Below, piece after piece: positions 23,608 to 36,947 of a stretch of DNA of 64,000 bases (its first letter is position 1; each line of letters opens with the position of its first letter). Position numbers and translations under genes: made by a program. The notes beneath the pieces were generated by a model. That model made no database searches, had not been told where the DNA came from, and was given only the letters and a program-made list of their open reading frames with translations. Origin of the DNA: Geosiphon pyriformis uo1 (Eukaryota; Fungi; Glomeromycota); assembly GCA_016748015.1 (NCBI GenBank), contig JAAOMT010000328.1, positions 310,001-374,000 on the forward strand, given 5' to 3'.

Positions 23608-24624
23608 TGTTATGAATAAACTTGGTAAAATATGATAATAACATTTGGTACTTTAAATTTGGGTTTTTAAAGAGCTTTTAATGGTTTTCTTTTGGTAAAC
23701 TTGTTTGGTATATTAGTGTTATCAGTCTTTGAAAGTTTTTCTCTAAATGTGTATTTATCTATGAAGTTCTTTGGTTATAAAACACAGAGTTTTTTCTTTA
23801 TATTTTGCAACTTTTTGTTGTAAATATAAGTTATCTTCTTTAAGCTAATGAGCACAGTTGTTAAGATCTGGTGGGATCTTTTTGCTCTTCTGGTAAGCTA
23901 CTAAGATAATATTAATATCCAAACTTACAAGGAGCTTCTTTTTTTTACCAGGCTATTACAAAGTCTATTTCCAGACAGTTAATTTTTCTATGTTGTTGTT
24001 TTACAAGAGAGAATAAAATAAAATAAAATAAAATAAAATAAAATAAAATAAAATAAAATAAAAATAAATAAAAATAAAAATAAATAAATTGGTATTGTCA
24101 ATTGTTATAATTAAGAACAATTGGTTCAAGTTATTAAGGGTTTGAGACATTTATGCTAAGAGCATCTGTTCCAGAATAAAAGTATAAAACAGTAATTAGT
24201 TTGAAAAAAACATGGGATGATTAAAAACCATATATTGATGATTTCCAATTTCAAATAAATTCTTTATTTTTTGTAAGATGTAATAGTTATAAGGTAAAAA
24301 AATTGATTCTTGTCTGGCTGTTTTTTTAACTTTTACAACTATTTGTTTTTATACATTTTTTTGGTTCTATAGAATTACTTTTTAATTGTTTTGTTCTTGC
24401 TAGCTATTGCTTCATTATTTCTATTATCACTTTGTTCTTTTATGTTATTATTAGCTCTTATATATTTTAACTAGTTATTTTATACTATAACATATTATCA
24501 AGTTTTGTATTATGTTATCCTAAGTTATTATGTGTTATTTTGTATTCTTTTGTATTATTCTGTGTTATCACATTTTTGATTACATTTTTTCATAATTTGG
24601 ATTTGTTTTTCTACTTGAGTAACA
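23608..24624. repeat. Solo LTR, family D (D2)
   Basis: TGTTA...GTAACA; TSD ATAG/ATGG. Confidence 0.88.
24012..24088 (+). repeat. (AAAAT)n microsatellite inside D2
   Basis: About 10 perfect units followed by degenerate units. Confidence 0.9.
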
Positions 24625-24819
24625 ATGGACAAAATTAATAACCAGAGCACCACCATCAGAATTAGTGTCCAAATGGCATACTGTATCAACCATCCAATTC
24701 TTCAACACAAATCTTTTAGCCAGCACCATATACAAACCAATAAACAACCTAGTCTTGTGCAGAGTTCAAATAACCATATTTTTTTTAGTAGACATTCCTA
24801 ACAACCTCTCTTATTCTAT

Positions 24820-27800
24820 TGTTATAGATGATTATTTGGGGTCTTAAAGCAAATAACAAATCCATAACTTGGTGCTTGGTTAGTATTCTGGTGTTGATAT
24901 CTGAAGGTTTTGTTGATCTGAAGGTTTTGTTGTGAAGTTCTTTGTATAATAGACAGAGATTTAATAGTTGTTTTCAGTAGCCTTTCAGAATTGCAATTTC
25001 ATCAAATTTTTTTCTCAGCGTGGTAACTGGTAATCCTTCTGGTAAACTATCCTCAAATCTATGAGTGTTCTACCCTTGTTTTACGGGTCTTTTACCAGTT
25101 CTTATGATGTCTGTATCTTAGTACTTAATCCTTAATCAATTAGTTAACCAAAAAAAAATACAAAAGAAATAAAAGAAAATAAAAAAAGATAAAGAAAATA
25201 AACAACAGCAATTGCAAATTAGTATTCAGTCAATAGCTGTGATTAAGAGCTATTGTTCCAGTGTGGTTAAGTGTCAATTACTATCAACATGAAGTGTTAA
25301 TAGTGGAGAGTGAATTGAGATGGTGAATAATTATTTATTGATAGTTATAAATAAAATGTTTGTTTAGATCAGATCTAAATTAGATGGTCTCTAACTAAAA
25401 AAATTTTGTCTTTTCTACTTCTAGCACTATTGCTATATATACATAATTAAGATTCCTCAATTTCTCAATTCTTTACACCAGAAATCCTGGAATTTTGGAA
25501 TCTTGTGATACCTTGTACAAGAATCCTGAAATTTCTGAAATCCTGTGATTTCTTTTGAAAGGAATCCTGGAATTCCACATTTACTATGGCTACCCCTGAT
25601 TGGCTAATTTATATGCTAATATACTTCCTATATTTTATAAGTAACATTAATCTCTCTTTTTTAATACTGAGCTCCATTGAGATCTCCTAAATTTTCTAAC
25701 TCTAATTCTCTGTCTTTGAGTATTTTTTGAACTTCTTTTTCGAGAATTACTTGGGTTATTTTGTTCTGTAATTCCTCAAATTGGGTGTTGGTTATTTTTC
25801 CCATTTGGTTAACTGTAATGGAGTTCAATTCCAGATTAAGTAAGATTTCCAGTCTGTCTTGGAATTCTGTATGTAGCCAATAGATGGCTCTTGCTTGTGT
25901 AGTCAAATTGTTTTTTCCCACAAATTGTTCCAGTTGTTGCAGTATTGTTGTGTCAAATAATCGTTTTGTTTTGTCTGTGTATAAGTTCTAAATATTCAAG
26001 TGTTGTCCCAAGTGGAAATAACAAAAGTTCCTTGGAAATTTGTGTATTCACCATTTCCAAGTTTTTTTGGTCAACTCTTGATATGTGGTGACACTTGTTA
26101 GTTCTTCTAATGCTAATTTTATTTTCAGAACCATTTTATTGATAGTGTTTTCTGTTTTCTTTTGACTTTTGTATTTGGGTATTTTTCTGGTATCTTAGTA
26201 TCAAATGGTTTGTTAATTGATAGTAATTTCCATATTCTGTTGTTGAATCAGTTGGAAGAGTTGTTGTGTTAGTAAGTGGATGTTGTCAGTAATTTCCATT
26301 TTTCTGAAGTCTTTTGTCACATCTATCATGTCTTATATACTTTATTATTATTCAATTTTATGTGTTTGGTCCAATGATTATGATTGGTTCCAGATCTTGT
26401 GAAATCTCATCTGGTTGAACTAATATTCTCTGCACTCCTAATTGTGAAATATTACTGGTAGATGACGACACTATATGGTAATATGATTTTAATCGATCAC
26501 TATGTGCTGCTTTGGTTAAGATTTTGTTGTCCTATCTTAATTTATAAGCTCCATTTCCAAGAAATTCTTCTATGTAAAATGGTTTGTCCCATTTCAGATC
26601 AAATTTTCTACTCCATTGTTTTTTCACTTTGGTATAATGTAGAAGTACTTTGTCTTCAATCTTGAATTCAACTGGTTTCTCTGATAGTTGGTTATTGTGT
26701 CTTTTTTTTTGTTTTTCTTGTGACTTTTGGATGTTGTCAGCTGCTTTTTGTTGTTTGTTTTCTAGCATTTTCATCAAGTCATATGTTTTTCTTAGCAATG
26801 TTTTCTGAAAATTATCTTCAATTATTGGTTCTGTTGAATAGGTGTTGATTTTTATCTCAATTAGTAATGTTGCTGTTCTACTATATACTAATTCAAATGG
26901 TGTTGTTTGTGTAGTGTCCTGCTTCATTGTCTAATAAGCAAATAATACTGATGGTATATACAAGTTCCATTTGGCTTGGTTTTTTTGACTGATCTTGGTA
27001 ATTGTTTTACATAATGTTCTGTTAAACCTTTCAACTAACCCATTTGTTTATGGATGGTATGATAATAATAATGGTCTTTTTATCTCAAATCTTTGACTTA
27101 ATTCTGTCAATGTTCTATTCACAAAGTGAGTTCTCTGATCTGATAGTAGTTCTTTTGAACATCCATGTTAACAGATCAAATCTTGATGAACAAATTCAGC
27201 AACAGATTTTGCATCTGCTTTTTGAATGGCTTTTGCTTCTGGCTATTTAGTGAGATAGTTCATAGCTACTGCAATATATCTGTTGTTTCTGCTGGTGATT
27301 GTTAATGGTCTAACTAAGTCAATTCCAATGTGATTAAATAGTTATCCTACTTTGATTGGTCTTAATGGTTCACTGGGTCTTGTTCCTTCTTTTCTCTGAC
27401 AAGCATCACAATTTTAAACATATTGGATAATGTCTGGATACATTGTTGGCCAATAATATTTTTTTCTGGTTCTTTCCATGGTTGCTTCTTTATGGAAATG
27501 TCCTGTTGTTGAATCTGAGTACATGTTGAATAATATTGTCTCTTTCTCTAGTTCTGTAATTACTTTGGTTTTTTTTCAAGTGGGTGGTTGTATTTGTTTT
27601 GGTGTTACTGCTGGTGTTTGCAACCTTTCTTTGCCTTTGTTTGCATAGGTGATGGGGAATTGTTGTTGTGTGTATCTTTCAATGGTTTGATTAATTTCCC
27701 TGATAATTGGTGCAAAACTGTAGTTTTTTGGTAAGCTGGTATATTAAAATAATTCTGTATAAAAGTTTTCTCTTGTGAATTCAATGTCAACTGTTCCTCT

Positions 27801-28883
27801 TAAGCAGTCTGTGATTTTATTATTGATGTAGAAGTTAAAGGCTGATTCTATTGGGAAATAGTTATTGTTTAATCTTAATTGTTGGCTGTACTGTTGAAAC
27901 AAGAATTTGGCGAATCTTAAATGGTTTGCTCTTATGATTTCTGATTCTGTCACTTTTGGATGATTGTTGTTGGTGTTGGTTCTCTGTAAGATTATACCTC
28001 ACAGGAAGCACCAAATGTTACAGATGATTATTTGGAATCTCAAAGCAAATAACAAATCCGTAACTTGGTGCTTGGTTGGTATTTTAGTGTTGATATCTGA
28101 AGGTTTTGTTGATTTGAAGATTTTGTTGTATAGTTTTTTGTATAATGAATAGAAATTTAATAGTTGTTTTTAGTAGCCTCTCAGAATTGCAATTCTGTCA
28201 AATTTTTTTCTCAGCATGGTGGCTGGTAATTTTTCTGGGAAATTATCCTCAAATCTATGAGTGTTTTACCCTTGTTTCATGGGTCTTTTACCAGTTCCTA
28301 TGATGTCTGTATCTCAATGCTTAATTCTTAATCAATTAGTCAACCAAAAAGAAATACAAAAGAAATAAAAGAAAATAAAAGAAAATAAAGAAAATAAACA
28401 ACAGCAATTGCAAGTTAGTATCCAATCAATAGCTGTAATCAAGAGCTATTGTTCCAGTGTGGTTAAGTGTTAATTACTATCAACATGAAGTGTTGATAGT
28501 GGAAAGCAGATTAAGATGGTGAATAATTATTTATTGATAGTTGTAAATGAAATGTTTGTTTAGATCAGATCTAAACTAAAAGATCTTTAACTAAAAGAAT
28601 TCTGTCTTTTCTACTTTTAGCACTATTGCTATATATACATAATTGAGATTCCTCAATTCCTCAATTCTTCACACCAGAAATTCTGGAATTCTTGGAATCT
28701 TGCAATTTTTTTTGAGAGGAATTCTGGAATTCTAGAATCCTGCGATTTCTTGTACAAGAATCTTGAAATTCCTAAAATCCTACAATTCCCTTTGAGAAAA
28801 ATCCTAAAATTTCATATTTATTATGGCTACTCCTAATTGGTTAATTTATATGCTAATATACTCCCTATATTCTATGAGTAACA
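24820..28883 (-). mobile_element. Family C Gypsy, internally deleted copy C1 (LTRs 28016-28883 and 24820-25646)
   Basis: Two LTRs; TSD CTAT/CCAT; PBS; gag N-terminus (27570-27953) joined to integrase (26358-27570); ORF3 at 25661-26329; PPT. Confidence 0.92.
27997..28013 (-). promoter_or_regulatory. Primer binding site TGGTGCTTCCTGTGAGG
   Basis: Starts with TGG 2 nt inside the 5' LTR, so complementary to a tRNA CCA end; a decayed equivalent lies at 43966-43982. Confidence 0.8.
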
Positions 28884-30639
28884 CCATAGCAGCTTCTAAT
28901 AACAATACTTTTTTAGTTTCACTATTATATAAGCATGAGAAAATGTGATCAGAATTCTCTATTTTTCCATACCTAATGCAGGCTATGCTTAAATATTTTG
29001 GATTATATAATCTCTTTCTTTTAGTCACTAACAAATAATGGTGTAATGCCTTCATAAAATATGACCAAAGTATCACTAATAGTGAACTGGTGTAGCCAGA
29101 ACAAACTCTGTCATTAGGATGCCAAATACCAAAAGTCTTGGTTATATCAAAACTTTTTGTTTTTATTATAATATTAATTAAATAATAAAGTTGTTATATT
29201 ATTAAAAATATAATCTCAATAATTATATTAAAATTAATTAAATATTTTAATTATATTTTTTTTATAAATTTTCTTAAAAATTTTTTTATTTTTATTTTTT
29301 ATAAACTAAATTTTTGAATATTTCATATTTTTAATAATTAATTAAAAAAATTTTGATTACAATATTGTTATATTAGTTTTAATTTTTGGCTAATTATATT
29401 TTTTATGCTTTTATAATATTTAATTATTATTTTTTATAAAATTTTTATTAAAATTAATTCTTGTTCAAAAATAAATAATAATAATAATATTTTTTGCTTT
29501 AATAATCTGTTTATTATTCTTCTTATTCTTTTAAATATTAAAAACATTTATATAATTATATATATACTATAATTAATAATTATATATATTGTTTAAAAAA
29601 AACATTGTTATTGCTAAAAAAATTACTAAATTTGTGTTTTTTTCTTGGTAATAATATTTATAAAACATTTGAAAATAAATTATATAAATTAAAACTAAAT
29701 AAAAAAATATTATAAAAACAATACATAATAACTAATTAAAATTACATTATAATAAACTAATAATAATAATACAAATACCTAAAATTAAAACATAATTATT
29801 ATTAGTATTATTAAATTAAATTTTATGTAATTTATAATTAATAGTTTTAATTAAATATTATTTAAAAAATAATTAATTTTAAATTACATCAAATATAATT
29901 TTATAAGCATAAAAATTTGTATAAAAAAATTTAAATAATAATCAAAAACTAAAATAATAATACATATTTTAAAAAACATTAACAGTATAATTTAATAATT
30001 ATTTAAAAGCTTATAACAATTTAATTTAAATTTAAAAATCATAATTAGGAAGTTCTTAAAACAAAACAATCTAGTCATATAATTAATTATTTTTGATTAG
30101 CAATATATAATATAAATTAATAAAATTAATTTTAATAAATTTTGACTAACAAAATTAATTTATTAATTTATATTAATAATATATAAAAGTAAGTAAAAAA
30201 ACGTTTAATTTTATTATTACAAATTAGTCAAAAAACTTATTAATTGTTTTTTTTTGTAAAGTTAAAACTACTTTAATTTTTTATATATATTACTATTTTA
30301 TTATTAAAAAATAATTATAAATTGTTTTTATTATTCTTTAAAAACAGGTTTTAATGCTTTTTTTAAACATGTAACAAATTTTTTTACTTTATTTATGTTT
30401 TTTTGTTTTTTAAATTATAAGACTAATTTCTAGTTTTTTTAAATTATTTATTTATTTTCAATCAATTTTTTTCTGTGGTTTTTTCAATTTTTTGATATTA
30501 ATATTATTAAGCTATAAGATTAATATACCTTTAAACTACTTTTTTTAAAGGTTTTTTGAAAATTCTTTTATATCTTAAATGTTAAAATATTAATATTATT
30601 ACAAAATTATTTATAAAAAACATAATAATAAGAAAGCAT

Positions 30640-31666
30640 TATTATAAATAAACTTGGTAAAATATTGTGATAATGTTTAATGTTCTAAATTTAAATAAAA
30701 AGCTATAGAATTTTCTTTAATTGCACAGAAAGTATGTTGGAGTTTATCAATCTCTGAAAATTTCTGTTATATATAAATTTACATATAAAGTTTTTTGGTT
30801 ATAAGACACAAAAATACATTTTGGCAGTTTGTAATTGTAAATATAAGCTATTTTTTCTGAGTTAATCGAATACAGTCACTAGAATCTGGTATTATTTTTT
30901 TTACTTTTCTAATAAGTTAACAAAATAAAATTAATATTTAAACTTAGAAAAAACTTTTTTTTTTATTAAAATATCATGAAGTTTATTTTTAAACAGTCAA
31001 TTTTTTTTGTTGGTGTTCTATAGAAAGAAAAAAAGAATTAAAAAAAAACAAAAAAAACAAAAAAAAACAAAAAAAACAAAAAATTAAAAAGAAAAAAAAA
31101 GAAAAAAGAAATTAATATTATTAATTATCATAATTAAGAGCAATTAATCCAAGTTATTAGAGTTCTGAAGCTGTTTATGCTAATAATATTTGGCTTAAGA
31201 CAAAGATAAGAAAAACAATTAATTTAATTTTAACAACACAAATTTTGTAATTATATACAAGTAAATTAAATAATATTTTTATTTAATAATAAGATAAAAA
31301 GATTTTATTAAATTTAAAGCTAAAATATGTTTTTTTGGAAATAGAGAGAGGAATTTTTTTTTATATTTTTTTTATTTGTTAAAACTATTTGTTTTTATAT
31401 ATATTTTTTAATTTTACAAGATTGCTTTTAATGTTTGTTATTATTAATTATTGCTTATTATTTTTGTTATTGCTTTATTTTTTTATGTTATAACTAATTA
31501 TTCTATATTATAATTAATTATTTTGTGTTATTTTATATTATTTTGTATTATTTTGAGTTATTACATGTTATTTTGTGTTATTTTACATTATTATATTTTT
31601 CTATATTATTATGTATTAATTACCTTTTTTTAATAGCTTTGAATTGGTTTTTCTATTCAAGTAATA
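30640..31666. repeat. Solo LTR, family D (D3)
   Basis: Decayed termini TATTA...GTAATA; perfect TSD GCAT/GCAT. Confidence 0.82.
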
Positions 31667-34600
31667 GCATGTATTAGTAAAAAAATTTGTATTATATTCT
31701 GTAAATAAAAGTTTTGGTACTTTTTTTTTTCTTGCAATTTTTTTAAACTAGTATACACTTTTTTTGCAATAAGTTTTTGGACAAAAAAAAATTAGTGAAT
31801 TTTAATAAAAATTTTAAAACTTAAATTGTTAATAGAGATTGTTTTAAAATAAAAATTAAGAACAGCTTTTTTTACAATAATCTCTTTTTTAATATTAACT
31901 TTTAAAATTATATAGTATATATTTATAATAAAAATAATAATAATAATTAGTAAATATAATAATTAACAAATGATTAAAATATAAATAAAAAGATAATAAA
32001 AGCAATTAAAAAAATATAATATTTAATAAAAACTCTAAATTCAAAAAATTGGTTATAAAAAACAACAAAATAAATATTATTAATAAGATTATATGTATAA
32101 AAAGTTTTTGTTTTGAGTTTATTATAATAAGACTTAAAAAAATTTATTAAAATTCTTAAAAAAAAAAGAATAAATATTGTTAAGTTTAAAGTATCTATTT
32201 ATTGAAATTGTTTAAATAATTTTTTAAAATATAATTTGTATTTATTTAAATTAAATAGTTAGTTATAACATTTCAAATAGTATTTATACAGCTAATTTAA
32301 ATTGTTTTATATATTGTTTATATTATTTTATTAAGAATTAAACTATAATAAATGTTTTAATCTATGTTTAAACAATATATACCATATAAAAAATAACATT
32401 ATATTTTTGCTTTTCTTTATAAAGGCCAAAAAAATAGCTATAATATATTTTGTTTTAATATTATTTTGATCAAAAAGCATATATTATAGAGTCTAATAAA
32501 AAGTAAATATTTAAATAACCTTTAATTTTGCTGTAACTGTTTTATTTTTTTTTTTATTAACAAAAAAATGTTTATTAATATTTTAATATCTATGATTATT
32601 ATAAATATATATAATAAATAAATACTAATTATGTTTACATTAAATTTACAGATTGTTTTAAAATTGTAAAACAAAAATTATAGCAAAATTTTCAAATAAT
32701 AAATTGTCTTACCTAATAGTTTTTTTAACTAAAAACTTATTGATATTAAAAATATTAGTTTTTAGATTAACTTTATCAATAAGATAAAAATTTATTAAAT
32801 TTATAAGTTTGTGTTTAATATTAAAAACTTCTTAAATTTAAAAATATTTACCACCCAAATTTTCATATGATTATTTAATTTTTTTTTAAACAATATTAAT
32901 AATTATTTATGGTTTATAATTTTTAAATGCTTTTTAATAATAATATTTTAACAAATTTTAACTGTTTTTATATATTATATTTATCAAAAAAGTAATTATA
33001 ATTAAAAGTATCTTTTATTTTTTTAATTCAAATTTTTATTGTTATAATAAACCAAATTAATTTTATTTTAGTTTTGTAATTAATAGAAAGCTGCTTTTAA
33101 GTTATGTAAAAATTTTTAAAAAGAATATTATTTTTATATTCACTTAATTTTTAAAGTTTTAAAAAGTTAATAAACATATGTTTTTTATTTATTATTATTT
33201 ATTTACTTATTTTTATTAAATTTGATCCAAAAATTGTTAATAAATATTTAATTATTATTAAATTTTTTAATAAAAAATTTATATAATTTGGTAATATTAA
33301 AATAATATTTACAAAAATTTAACATAATAATAAAAATATCTTAAATAAAAATAACAAAAAAAAAGACATAATATAATAATAAGTTTAATTTTAATAACAA
33401 AAAAACAGAGATAATAACAATAAAAAATACATAATAATAAAAGTTTTAACAATATTTTTTTATTTTAACAAGTGCAGCCCAATCACTATCTAGTATACAG
33501 AATCGTTTTAACAATATAAAAACAAAAAAAACATATATAATAAAAAAAGTTTTTTAGTAAGTTTTATTAACAAAAAAAAATAAGAGATTTAAAAAACTTA
33601 TATTTATAGTAATTTTAATTTTAAATACTTTCAAAAAAACTTTTGTTAATATATAACTATATTGTTTATTATTTTGTAATTGACCAATTAAATTATATTT
33701 ATACTTAATCACAATTTTATTTTTAGCTAATTTGCTTTGCTTTAAGAATTTTTTATAATTAGTAGTTTTAAAATAACATATATATAAAAAATAATAAAAA
33801 ACTTTGATATAAAAAAAAATTTTATTTATATACTATTATTTTTAAATACAATAATAAATTTATTAATAAAATCATTAAAAAATTAAAAATAATATTGAAC
33901 AATATATTAATAATAAAAAAAGTAAACATAATAAAATTGATATTAAATATATTTAAAAATTTAAAGCAAAATTTCCAATTAATTATTGCTATTATTAACT
34001 TAAAAAACACTTAAATATATAAATATTATACTTAAAAAACTTAATTAAAATATTTAACAAAATAATAATTAATAATATTAAATAATTAATTAATTTATAG
34101 TTTCAAAAATTACAATAATAGGTTAACAATATAATATTAAATTACTATAACAATATAAAATTCAATAAAAAATTTAACTTCAATTTTTATAAAGCTTAAT
34201 TTTAAAAAAAATAATAATATTATGATTTAAGAATTTAATAAAAATCATAAAACAATATAATAGCAATAAATACTAATAGTGTAATAATAATAAATACTAT
34301 ATTAAAATATTAAAAAATAGAGTATTATAATATGTTTTTTTGTAAAATTACAAATATATATATATATAATAGTTTTAATATTAAGAAAAAAGCATTTTTT
34401 ATATTAATTATTTTTTAGTTTTTACTATTAAAATAAATTTTTAAATAATTAAAAAAAATAAAAAATAAAAAATAAAAATAAAAATTAAATTATTATAATA
34501 AACTTATTAAAACACTTACTTGTATTTATTTATTAAATAAAACTATTATTTTTCAACTGAATTTTTTAAAAAAATAATCTTTAATTAAGATTATTTATAT

Positions 34601-36947
34601 TATTAAATTAAAGCTTTATTATAAAATTAAAAAAAAACACTAAAAAATTATTAAATATTTTATGTTTTTAAATAAAAAAACATTTTAGACAATTGCAAAA
34701 ATAGTTTTAAAAAAATTCTCAACAACAACAGATAAATTTTAGATTAATTTTTAAGAAGAAATATATAAATACATAATAATAATTAAAATTTAAAAAAAAA
34801 ACTTATATTATAATATTAGTATTATTATACACTTAAAATTAAGAAGTATTAACAATTAATATACTAAAAAAATACTTTTATAATATTATCTATTAATTTA
34901 TTATTTTAATTTATAATAGTATTATTGACAATTTAAAAAATAATATTAATATATTTTAATACTTTTTTTGGTTTTAATTTTAAAATTGTAAAAACAAAAA
35001 ATTGGTAATAAATTTTTTAGTTTAAATTATTAAAAACTGGTAAAATAATGATTAAAAACATAAAAACATATTAATTTTTAATGTTAACATTTTTTTTTAA
35101 AATTTAAGCAATAATAATATTTTTAAAATATTATTTGCTTTATATAAAAGATAAATTTAAAACCATTATTTAATTTAAGTTATTACAAAATGCTGTTAAT
35201 AATTTTTATTTTCAATTATAATTTTTCAAAAATTTATGATAATTACAAAAAATCAATTTAAATTTTAATTGTTTAACTTTTAATTAATTTTTAATTTAAT
35301 ATCAAAGTTTACATAGTATAATTACCAAAAATAACAATTTAAAATGAATAATATGCTTTTAATGCTTAAAAACTATATTGTAAAATTAATAATTTGTGTT
35401 GTTTTAAGTGTTTTTTGAAAATTTTTGTTGAAAATTTGTTTAAATAAAATCAATTTTTGCATTTACCAAATAATGTCCAAATATAAGAAGTATTAAAGTA
35501 ATATTGATACCAATTTATTAAAAAATAGGCCAAACAAATTGAAAAACTTTTGCAATTCAACCAAAATAATAATATTGTTGCAAAATGTAAAGTAATTTTT
35601 AAATGACATAAAGATATTTCAGAATGCACATTTGTCTTCACAAACAATATTTACTTAATAACATTAATCAAGCTTTGTGAATTGCTAAATGAGTTGATAA
35701 AAAAAATGTAAGATAAAGATGTTTTTCATAATTTCACTTTTAAGATTTGATTGGAAGAATCGAATGTCTCTACTTATGTTAATGATTATCATAATTCTAA
35801 ACTGGTATGAGTTTATTTCCTATATACAAACTGCAGAAATGATGATTAATGAATAAAATTCCAACCTAGTAATAACAAAATTTCTGGCACTATGGAAAAT
35901 GAACGCATAGCGGAAAAGCTTTCGTGATCCGGAAGGCTATGCTAAAACCTGAGGTAAAAATGATAAAACTAAGAAATTAGAGCAAACTAAGAAACAATTA
36001 AAGAAAGAAAGCGAATTTCTCTTAAATGATTAATTCTGAAAATCAGGGATAACAGCGATAGTATTTGTGGCACTGAATAAGAAAAAACACAAATTAAGCC
36101 AACATAACGGCCAAGGTAGCGTCATCCTAATGTTCACTTTTTCTGGTTTTGTTGCAGCGCACCCCATAATAATTTTTGCTATTTTATATTCATATTATAA
36201 AATTTGGTTCGATGATTATCAAAATCGTAGCTACCAGAATTAATTCCCGAAAGTGTTTCCGGCCGATCAGTTGACAGGAAACCCAATCCGTTATTATGGT
36301 GTCTCCCCTCTAGTTGTTCCTAAAGATGTCAAAGTTACAGTGTCATGTTCACTTGATACCAAATAATGAGGAAAATAGGATTCTTTGGTAACATTTGCCG
36401 ATTCAAATAAAACAAAGGACCCCTTTTATTTGATTGCAAAAACTAGAATCACGGAAAATCCTGACCCGTTGCGTGTTTCAAAAACTAAAAATTTACCAAG
36501 TTGGCAGAATTTTGTTATATCCTCACGATAAATATCTTTTGGGAAAATTTTAAAGAAAACCCTAACTAGAAATTTTCAAATGCTGAAAAATCTCTCAACT
36601 AAAAAAAAAGAAATTTCTCTGTTAACAAAATCCCTTAATGGCTCAAATCCATTGAGTTTTGATCCAAAGTGAAAAAAACTTTGCTTTGTTTGTGATGATA
36701 ATCGAAGATTTTATTTATAAAACGATAAACAGTAATAGTTGAAGAACCCGATAAGAATCCTGACTCTGTAAATTCCTTTTGATTCAAATATTCTCGAGTT
36801 CTTTTTGGGTAAGAAATAAATTAATCAAATTCAATTGACGACATCAAGTCATCCAGAAAATATTATGAGAAAATTGTGGAATTTCAATCAGCATTATTTC
36901 CTTTGGTTCAAAAAAATTTTCAGTATCTAATTTAAAAATTTAAAACC

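Larger units (their letters stand above)
23200..29150 (-). mobile_element. LINE-like 3' portion (C-terminal zinc-binding region and 3' UTR) split by two LTR insertions
   Basis: Pieces 28884-29150 (YFMKALHH..RKRLY..ACIRYGKIENSDHIFSC), 24625-24819 and 23200-23607 join into one reading frame once the TSDs are removed. Confidence 0.75.

Noticed and set aside
25480-25575. CRISPR-like or iteron-like array
   Set aside because: Short degenerate repeats without unique spacers, inside an LTR, in eukaryotic DNA
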